Source: an uncultured Lachnobacterium sp.
GTDB lineage: Bacteria > Bacillota > Clostridia > Lachnospirales > Lachnospiraceae
NCBI GenBank assembly: GCA_964393435.1
Contig: CAYMTP010000001.1
Location: 247 to 64,246, forward strand
Length of the DNA: 64,000 nucleotides
Direction of reading: 5' to 3'
In this document: positions 60,911-64,000 of the stretch, one piece after another
How positions within the stretch are numbered: position 1 is the stretch's first letter
Layout: each line of letters opens with the position of its first letter
Made by a program: the position numbers and the translations under genes
The notes under the pieces: generated by a model
Told to the model about the DNA's origin: nothing
The model's database searches: none
Seen by the model: only the letters and a program-made list of their open reading frames with translations

Positions 60911-60957
60911 AAGCTGTCACACCTTAGACGCTCTTTAGATCTATTTTGTGACAGCTT
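60911..60957. repeat. Short palindromic REP-like element / terminator
   Basis: Inverted relative of 54768-54818. Confidence 0.6.
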
Positions 60958-60968
60958 ATATGTATCTT

Positions 60969-62087
60969 TTAATTTAGTTCTTTCGCAGCCATATCAAGGG
61001 CACTTGCAATAACTGCATCCATATCATAGTACTTGTACTCTCCAAGACGTCCACCGAAGATAATGTTTTCTTCTTTGTCTGCTAACTCTTTATACTGTGC
61101 GTATAGAGCACCATTCTTTTCATCATTTACTGGATAGTATGGTTCATCGCCCAACTTCCATTCCGAGCTGTATTCACGACTGATGACAGTCTTAGGAATG
61201 TCGTTACCATTTGCATCTTTTCCAAATTCGAACCACTTGTGCTCGATGATACGTGTATATGGGGATTCGCTATCTGTGTAGTTTACAGCAGCGTTCCCCT
61301 GGAAGTTTGGCATATCCAAAACTTCAGTTTCGAAACGTACGGAACGATATTCCAATGTACCAAGCTTATAATCAAAGTAAGCATCAATGGCACCCGTATA
61401 AACTACTTTGTCAGCCATGCAATCGAATTCTGCTTTGTTATCAAAGTAATCAACTCCAAGTTTTACTTCAATACCCTCTAAGAGGTTTGCAACCATCTTG
61501 GTATATCCGCCAACTGGAATACCCTGATATAAAGCATTGAAGTAATTGTTATCAAAGGTAAGTCGAACTGGAAGACGTTTGATAATAAAGGATGGAAGCT
61601 CTGTACATGGTCTTCCCCACTGTTTCTGAGTATATCCTTTAACCAGTTTTTCGTAGATATCTGTGCCTACCAAGCTAATTGCCTGTTCTTCCAAGTTCTT
61701 TGGTTCTGTGATACCCGCTGCCTTCTTTTGTTCTTCGATTTTAGCCGCCGCTTCTTCCGGAGTCACTACACCCCACATTTTATTGAAAGTGTACATATTA
61801 AATGGAAGCGAATACAACTCTCCCTTATAGTTTGCTACTGGTGAATTGGTAAAACGATTGAACTCTGCGAAACGAGTGATATAATCCCAAACCGCTTTAT
61901 TGTTTGTATGGAAAATATGTGCTCCATAAATATGCACATTAATTCCTTCGATTTCTTCGGTATAAACATTTCCCGCAATATTTGGGCGCTTATCAATTAC
62001 CAAAACTTTCTTACCAGCTTCTTTCGCCTTCTGTGCAAATACCGCACCATAAAGACCTGCGCCTACTATTAAATAATCATATTTCAT
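60969..62087 (-). CDS. glf: UDP-galactopyranose mutase
   Basis: IVGAGLYG, YGAHIFHT, YT-KQWG, TRIIEHK, PYYP, GRLGEYKYYDMD. Confidence 0.97.
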   Translation of the reverse strand: MKYDYLIVGAGLYGAVFAQKAKEAGKKVLVIDKRPNIAGNVYTEEIEGINVHIYGAHIFHTNNKAVWDYITRFAEFNRFTNSPVANYKGELYSLPFNMYTFNKMWGVVTPEEAAAKIEEQKKAAGITEPKNLEEQAISLVGTDIYEKLVKGYTQKQWGRPCTELPSFIIKRLPVRLTFDNNYFNALYQGIPVGGYTKMVANLLEGIEVKLGVDYFDNKAEFDCMADKVVYTGAIDAYFDYKLGTLEYRSVRFETEVLDMPNFQGNAAVNYTDSESPYTRIIEHKWFEFGKDANGNDIPKTVISREYSSEWKLGDEPYYPVNDEKNGALYAQYKELADKEENIIFGGRLGEYKYYDMDAVIASALDMAAKELN

Positions 62088-62113
62088 TCCAAGTCCTCCA
62101 TGTTGTATTATTG

Positions 62114-63496
62114 CTAATTCAGTATGCTCGCATCTCCAAGCTCTACTGTAATTTCTATTTCTTTATATTCATCATTTCCCTGTGGACGAAGAATTACAAA
62201 ATCTACCTTCTCGCCAGCTGGATAATAACTCAACAACTCTTTCAACTGACTCATTGTAGCAATTGTAGTTCCCTCAAACTCGGTAATAATATCGCCCGCC
62301 TTAATGCCAGCCTTTTGTGCTGCTGAACCTGGAATTACGGAATGCACATAAGCACCCAAAGAACTATCTCTTCCCTGAATACCTAAATATCCAGATTGGG
62401 ATTCGTCAATCTTCTCGCCATCAATCATCTTGTCGATGATGAGCATCGCATCATTAATTGGGATTGCATAACCAATTCCCTCTACGTCTGTATCCGCATA
62501 CTTAACCGAATTAATACCAATTACTTCTCCCTTGATATTAAGAAGTGCACCACCACTGTTTCCAGGGTTAATTGCCGCATCTGTCTGAATCAGATTGTTA
62601 TTCACCACCGTCGTTCCTGTTGAAGAATCCACCACCGAAACAGAACGTCCCAAAGCACTAATCACACCCGTGGTTACGGACTGACCATAACCCAATGCAT
62701 TACCAATCGCAATCGCAGCTTCACCAACTTCTATTTCCGTAGAATCCCCTAATGAAGCAATGCGAATCACGTTCATCGTATCTGCACTGATATCCTTAAG
62801 GGCTACTTTGATTACCGCCAAATCCTTGGATGCTACAGTACCTTTTATCTCAGCAAGCGCTGTGGTACCATCGCTAAACTGCACAGTCAATTCTGTTGCA
62901 TCTGCAACTACATGATTGTTAGTGGCGATGTAGATATATTCCGCATCCTGCTCTACCAAAAATCCTGTACCCGCACTCTCACTTTCCTGTGTGTAGGTCT
63001 GTCCCCACATACCCTGATAAGTGATTTCCATTTTATTGCTAATAGCTACTACACATGGCATAACATTATCAACAATATCGGAAACATCCATCATAGCTAC
63101 TGTGCTCTGCACATCTGTATTGGTCTGCTGCAAACCACCTGTTGGCGTTTTATCACTGCTCTCATCGTCTTTATCATTTGAAGCATTATCCTCCTTGTCA
63201 TCCTCCGCTTCTGAGAATATACCTAAGGTAATACCGCTAAAGTGAAGCACGGCACTGCCCGCAACACCTGCCACCAAACCAAATACCAGAGCGATAGTTA
63301 CGGTCTTGATAAGTGTTACTCCGAAGCCATTGAAAGGACCTTTCTTCTCTGGCTCAGTCGCATTTCTCTCCGTTCTCTCGTACGAGGAATATCCCTGGGA
63401 ACTCTGTGTGTTCGTGTTCTGCTGATATCCCTGTTCTGGGTTCTGATATGGGTTATAATTATATTGATTGTTATAGTTATTAAAATTGTCGTCCAT
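62114..63496 (-). CDS. htrA: HtrA/DegP serine protease with PDZ domain
   Basis: TNNHVV, DLAV, IQTDAAINPGNSGG, C-terminal PDZ; start MDDN after GGAAGGAG. Confidence 0.92.
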   Translation of the reverse strand: MDDNFNNYNNQYNYNPYQNPEQGYQQNTNTQSSQGYSSYERTERNATEPEKKGPFNGFGVTLIKTVTIALVFGLVAGVAGSAVLHFSGITLGIFSEAEDDKEDNASNDKDDESSDKTPTGGLQQTNTDVQSTVAMMDVSDIVDNVMPCVVAISNKMEITYQGMWGQTYTQESESAGTGFLVEQDAEYIYIATNNHVVADATELTVQFSDGTTALAEIKGTVASKDLAVIKVALKDISADTMNVIRIASLGDSTEIEVGEAAIAIGNALGYGQSVTTGVISALGRSVSVVDSSTGTTVVNNNLIQTDAAINPGNSGGALLNIKGEVIGINSVKYADTDVEGIGYAIPINDAMLIIDKMIDGEKIDESQSGYLGIQGRDSSLGAYVHSVIPGSAAQKAGIKAGDIITEFEGTTIATMSQLKELLSYYPAGEKVDFVILRPQGNDEYKEIEITVELGDASILN

Positions 63497-63590
63497 CCAA
63501 AAAACTCCTTCCATCTCATGTTCATAATCGCATTCTAACAAGTAAATGTGTAAAGAGTGTGACTGATTCATGAAAGGATTATGAAAAATA

Positions 63591-64000
63591 TTAAATTTCT
63601 ATGCCGTTTTTCTGCAACAATTCTCTCGCCGATTCAACCGAATCCACACCACTCGCATTTTTCACAGGTGCAAATTCTTTTTCTCTTTCCACCTCGAAAG
63701 ATAAACAGTTATCCATCATGAAAATCATATCAAGAATTAATGTTTCAAACTTATACGCATTTGGTGTTTCTGGTTTTACAGCTACACCATTTTCATCAAT
63801 ATAAGGAACCTTCTTTTCTACAATATGAAGTGGCATCTGCTTTTCAGAGATTTCAAATAATTTTTCTACACTGAATAAATAGTTTAAGATAACGCCGAAT
63901 CCATAGAGAAGAGAACCTGCTTCATTGGTTGCTTCTGCCATTTCTGGAGTAAGCTCATAGTATTCGATGATAGATGGCTTTCCATCTTCTAAACAAAGTG
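63591..64000 (-). CDS. UDPGP type-1 family (UDP-GlcNAc/UDP-glucose pyrophosphorylase), C-terminal part; continues beyond the window
   Basis: PSIIEYYE, H-VEKKVPYI, PNAYKFETLILD, REKEFAPVKN. Confidence 0.85.
   Translation of the reverse strand, partial: LCLEDGKPSIIEYYELTPEMAEATNEAGSLLYGFGVILNYLFSVEKLFEISEKQMPLHIVEKKVPYIDENGVAVKPETPNAYKFETLILDMIFMMDNCLSFEVEREKEFAPVKNASGVDSVESARELLQKNGIEI

Overview
Chromosomal window from a low-GC, spore-forming Clostridia bacterium; gene content and order suggest Lachnospiraceae (inference). The backbone is housekeeping: typA, a GGDEF cyclase, eukaryotic-type hisA, guaB, a CorC/HlyC transporter, an aminotransferase, rarA, clpB with a CIRCE element, DegV, two MCPs, an ECF sigma/ABC operon, spoIIAA-spoIIAB-sigF, valS with a T-box, a GH25 lysozyme, a deacetylase, pepF-luxS-mtnN, LCP, GtrA, glf, htrA and a partial UDPGP. 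Four accessory signals stand out. (1) A ~545-bp non-coding fold-back element occurs twice in near-identical copies (1-395, truncated by the window edge, and 8308-8852). (2) A low-GC PD-(D/E)XK-like nuclease gene is preceded by four 37-bp palindromic units, each with a variable core of exactly 21 nt. (3) A ~19.4-kb region (18885-38303) carries two collinear, diverged Tad/Flp-like pilus modules with fused TadB-TadC proteins, apparently leaderless pilins, no prepilin peptidase, and InlB-B-repeat adhesins, two of which share an identical 379-bp block. (4) A decaying mobile-element cargo (Fic, a yefM-like remnant, an Rpn remnant and GTACC-N7-GGTAC palindromes) sits inside the second pilus module. 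No rRNA, tRNA, CRISPR array, integrase or intact transposase was recognised. All calls are by eye, without database searches.
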